Shown in pieces: positions 60,001 to 64,000 of a stretch of DNA of 64,000 nt (its first letter is position 1; each line of letters starts with the position of its first letter). The translations under genes were made by a program, and so were the position numbers. The notes beneath the pieces are model-generated. The model saw only the letters and a program-made list of their open reading frames with translations, searched no databases and had not been told where the DNA came from. Source of the DNA: the human T2T-CHM13v2.0 reference genome, Homo sapiens; assembly GCF_009914755.1 (NCBI RefSeq), contig NC_060942.1; one strand, written 5' to 3'.

Positions 60001-62489
60001 GGGTAGGATAATTTAATCTAATCACTGAAGTTAGGAAATGCTAAAAGCCAATGAGTAAACATAAGAGTTAACATAATTATAACCCAGCTCAACAACGAAA
60101 CAGAGCAACATGCTTTTTGTGAACATAAAACTTTCAAAATACAAATATTCAGTGCCACAACCAAGACATTAAGAACAAAAATACTCTTAAAACACATCCA
60201 ATAGTTGTAGTCAGTAATTTGTAAACATGTTGTACAGTAGTACCTATATTATTTCAAAGCATCTGTATTTATTTTATTTTACTTTTCTGAGCCTCATTGA
60301 CAATGGTAACTATATATTACTGCATCTTATTCATTTTCTCTAAGAGATCAAATGCTTTCCTATCAATGATTCCAAAAGGACACATGTAGATAATTCATTC
60401 AAAAGTCCATATTCGATGCTGAGAGAAAGCAAACTAAGTTTCTGTATTAATTCCTCCTCTGTTTGCATCTAGAGAATATGCACATATATGCGCACACATA
60501 AACACACACGCACGCTTTTAAACACATTACAGCTAGAGAATATAATGTGAACATTATCAGGGAGGATTGTACATAAAAAGTAGCTAAAACGATAGGAGGA
60601 AGGAAGTCACTAGATTTGGTCAGAGAATATTAGCTAGAAACTAATTGATGATGGAATAGTTAAAAATGGCTACATGGTTTGGGAAGAAAAAGTGAGAGAG
60701 TATTTTTTTTTTCTATAGAGAAGAGAGAAAAGTAAAAGCTTATCAGTGAACAAACAAGTAGATAATGATGGCCCCAGAATGAAAAAGATGGAGGAGAACT
60801 TCAGCCAACCTACTATGAATTTGCAGCTTGAGCAAGAAATAGGCCTTACTGTTTTAACCACTGAGATTTTGAACTTTTAAATCACAATGTAACTAAACCT
60901 AAAGTAAAATTGTGTATCTATGGCTTTAATATTCCTAGCTTGTTTGTAAAAGGCCCAGGCAAGTTTGGCATTTATGGAATTAAAGATAATGTGGAAAATA
61001 AGAAAACAAATCATTAAAACATTTTCAGTGCTTTGAATCGTTAAACAGAGAGCACTGTACAATGTGAAGTGTTGAGAATGGGAGGTTGAAAGAAATAGAT
61101 TCCTTACAAAGTGTATGAGATATGACATTAGAATGAAAATTATTTGGATTTTTGGTCTGCTAAGAATTACGTCAGGGGGTAGTTGGGTGATTTTTGTTGA
61201 GAATTCAAAATGTAAGGAAATAGTAAAATATTAGTCTTGTAATGCAAATTTTCTAAACATGTGCAAAGAAATAATCATTAAAGAAGAAATGTAGGGAAGT
61301 ATACAATTGAAAGGGTTAATAAGAGTGGGAATCTCAGAACAAGGCATAGAAAAGAGGCACTAAGGAATTCAATCAAGCTATGGAGCTTTTGTCATCAGAG
61401 TCGCGTTGTATGTGTTGAGAATATTATTGAACCGGCAGAGGAACAGGTGTGTACAGCTCATGGGTGAATGAAACCTGGCAATCAGATCCACTGCCAATCA
61501 CTCAGCCCATCAATTGGCTTGAGGAAATGGATGAAATGAAGTCCATACTTCTGAGCAAGGAAAGTAGCACTACAAATGAAACACAAATGTTGGATGCTTT
61601 AGGGGGAAGAGGAAAATTAGGTAATCAATGCACCATTTTCAAAGGTGCAGCTACTCCATTTAACATGAGAGGGAGTCATAAGTGGATGACAATATGCTTT
61701 TCAGGATACATGCAACAGACTGTGGAGTGGCCAATAATCCTTGAATAAACTGTAAGACTGACAACTCTGGCATGTAAAGAATGCTGACTTTTAAAAAGTA
61801 GTACTCACCTGTGAATCTAGATTAATCTCACAAGGCGATTGTCTGTCTGGAGCTATGTCTTATACAATAGTGTTTTAATGCAGTAATCGATCAAAAATGC
61901 ATAACTTTTGACAGCTCATCACCTGTGTTTTTATTGTTTGCATTCAAATTCAGTGGCTTGCCATCAATAGGAATATCTTGGTTGGGTTGCTCTTAATACT
62001 TGGATTGCTCGTGCAATACCCATGTAACATGTCACAAAGTATAGGGGATGCAGATGCTTCCAAGCTACAGTGTGGCTCATAAAACAGGCATTATCAGAAT
62101 AAACATTCAACTCTGCCATTTTAAAAATCATAGAATAAGATTAGAGAATAAACAGCAGGATTTACAATTGAATGAAGGCCCTCTGAACTCCCGATCTTCC
62201 TATCAGACCGTAAAAAGATCTACTGAGAGAGAAAGAAAGATCTTTTCTCTCATGGCTCTAAATTGACTATGTTAGCTCTAATAACAAAATGCCAGTTTAG
62301 GAAATAACCTGGCACATGGAAATAGATAAAACACACATAAAAGAGAAATGTTAGCATGCAGAAGAATAAAAATACATAGAAATAGGTGAAGATTACCTAA
62401 AATCATTAAAAAGCATTTTCTAAATAAATACCTCTCAATAATATTAAAATGGACTTTATTATATAATAACAAAATATTGTTAGAATAGA

Positions 62490-64000
62490 AAGATAGTAGA
62501 CATACTTCTTCTTATTCTTCCCATTTAGTAAAACCTAGGATATTGTGTACAAAATAAACATAAGGAGACTCTGAAATACGAAAAGAAGAAAGCACACTGG
62601 CTGAAAACTTTGGCCATGTAGTGCTTTAAAAGAACTATATGACTGTGTGTTCCCTGGTTTTTGTTTCATTTTGTTTTATTTGGCACATATATCCCAGAAA
62701 TGGAGATAAAGAAGCCAGCAACCTGGAAATCCTAACCAAAGACTGCTCTCTTGCCAAAGGGCCAAAGGTACAGCCTCCGCAGACAGAAGACTTTCGGCAA
62801 CCCCACGCTACTCCAGCCAAACACAGTGAGAGAAACTGTTCCTCGCCTCCACGGCCACCAAAGCCCCTTACAGGGCATGTCTCACTCCCATGGGTTGGTG
62901 TCAGAGAGGGCCACGTAAGGAGACAGGTCTCCATTGCCACGGGGGAAAGCCTAAACTTCTACCCCCACTTAGCAGTAATGAGGAGCCCACCCTGCCTCCC
63001 CGCTGGGTGTGTCAAAGGAGGCCAGGTGGTGAGCAGAAACCAAAATTCCTAGTCATCCCAGATGGAGCGTCTCAGTGGAGGTGGTGAGCAGAAACCAAAA
63101 TTCCTAGTCATCCCAGATGGAGCGTCTCAGCGGAGGTGGTGAGCAGAAACCAGAAATTCCTAGTCATCCTAGATGGAGCATCTCAGTAGAGGTGGTGAGC
63201 AGAAACCAAAATTCCTAGTCATCCCAGATGGAGCGTCTCAGTGGAGGTGGTGAGCAGAAAGCAAAATTCCTAGTCATCCCAGATGGAGCGTCTCAGTGGA
63301 GGTGGTGAGCAGAAACCAAAATTCCTAGTCATCCCAGATGGAGCGCCTCAGCGGAGGTGGTGAGCAGAAACCAGAAATTCCTAGTCATCCTAGATGGAGC
63401 ATCTCAGTAGAGGTGGGGAGCAGAAACCAAAATTCCTAGTCATCCCAGATGGAGCGTCTCAGTGGAGGTGGTGAGCAGAAACCAAAATTCCTAGTCATCC
63501 CAGATGGAGCGTCTCAGTGGAGGTGGTGAGCAGAAACCAAAATTCCTAGTCATCCCAGATGCAGCGTCTCAGTGGAGGTGGTGAGCAGAAACCAAAATTC
63601 CTAGTCATCCCAGATGGAGCGTCTCAGTGGAGGTGGTGAGCAGAAACCAAAATTCCTAGTCATCCCAGATGCAGCGTCTCAGTGGAGGTGGTGAGAAGAA
63701 ACCAAAATTCCAGTCATCCCAGATGGAGCGTCTCAGTGGAGGTGGTGAGAAGAAACCAAAATTCCAGTCATCCCAGATGGAGCGTCTCAGTGGAGGCCTA
63801 GAGGTGATTCAGAACTTGCATCTCTGTCACGCAGTAATGTGGAGCCTCTTCCCCAGCGGCCAGGTGAGGGACCTGGAATTATAACCCTAGCTGGGAGTAA
63901 CCCTTCCTCCTTTGCTGCCAGAGCAGTTTCAGAGGAAATCCAGCCAAAACAGAAGGTTGAAATAAGATCTGGTGTCTCATTACATAATACTCAAAATGGA
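62490..64000 (+). mobile_element. old L1M 5' region (5'UTR), continuing beyond the window
   Basis: aaataaacataaggagactctgaaa, recurring ggtgtca..gaggcc modules, and terminal tacataatactcaaaatg, typical of old L1M 5' ends upstream of ORF1. Confidence 0.55.
63024..63796. repeat. 55-bp VNTR, 14 copies
   Basis: unit gaggtggtgagcagaaaccaaaattcctagtcatcccagatggagcgtctcagtg; the GAG anchor lies at 63031, 63086, 63141, 63197, 63252, 63307, 63362, 63418, 63473, 63528, 63583, 63638, 63693 and 63747. Confidence 0.98.

Noticed and set aside
62635-63087. ORFs of 65-137 aa upstream of the VNTR
   Set aside because: They lie in probable L1 5' sequence and show no recognisable domain
63024-63796. CRISPR-like array, or a coding repeat (ORF 63669-63884)
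   Set aside because: The units are head-to-tail with no unique spacers, the context is eukaryotic, and the 55/56-bp units break the frame; the ORF exists only because two units are 54 bp

Overview
Primate, very probably human, AT-rich genomic DNA. It holds no intact protein-coding gene. Most of it is an interspersed-repeat landscape: 16 Alus (most with visible target-site duplications, TSDs), L1/L2/MIR remnants, several LTRs (THE1, MLT1, MER4A, MER67-like, LTR9-like, and an ERV1 LTR with internal sequence), MER63 and MER5 DNA transposons, microsatellites and two minisatellites. The non-repeat content has two parts. First, a decayed intronless KRAB-zinc-finger retrocopy of the ZNF555/556/57/77 type lies at about 33.3-34.7 kb. 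Second, there is a probable minus-strand spliced lncRNA, with its best exon at 14228-14364 and a candidate ETS-IRF promoter at about 46.6-46.75 kb. From memory this resembles LINC00158/C21orf42 on 21q21, which I have not verified. The most notable structural signals are three separate 5'-inverted (twin-primed) L1 insertions, a templated copy of one zinc finger inserted 780 bp upstream, several perfect fold-back inverted repeats that replace repeat-consensus sequence, and a 55-bp VNTR with higher-order structure inside an old L1 5' region. I do not see convincing evidence of a wholly new biological system. Nearly all ORFs in the supplied track are repeat-derived or random. Repeat subfamily names come from recalled consensus sequences and should be confirmed with RepeatMasker/Dfam.
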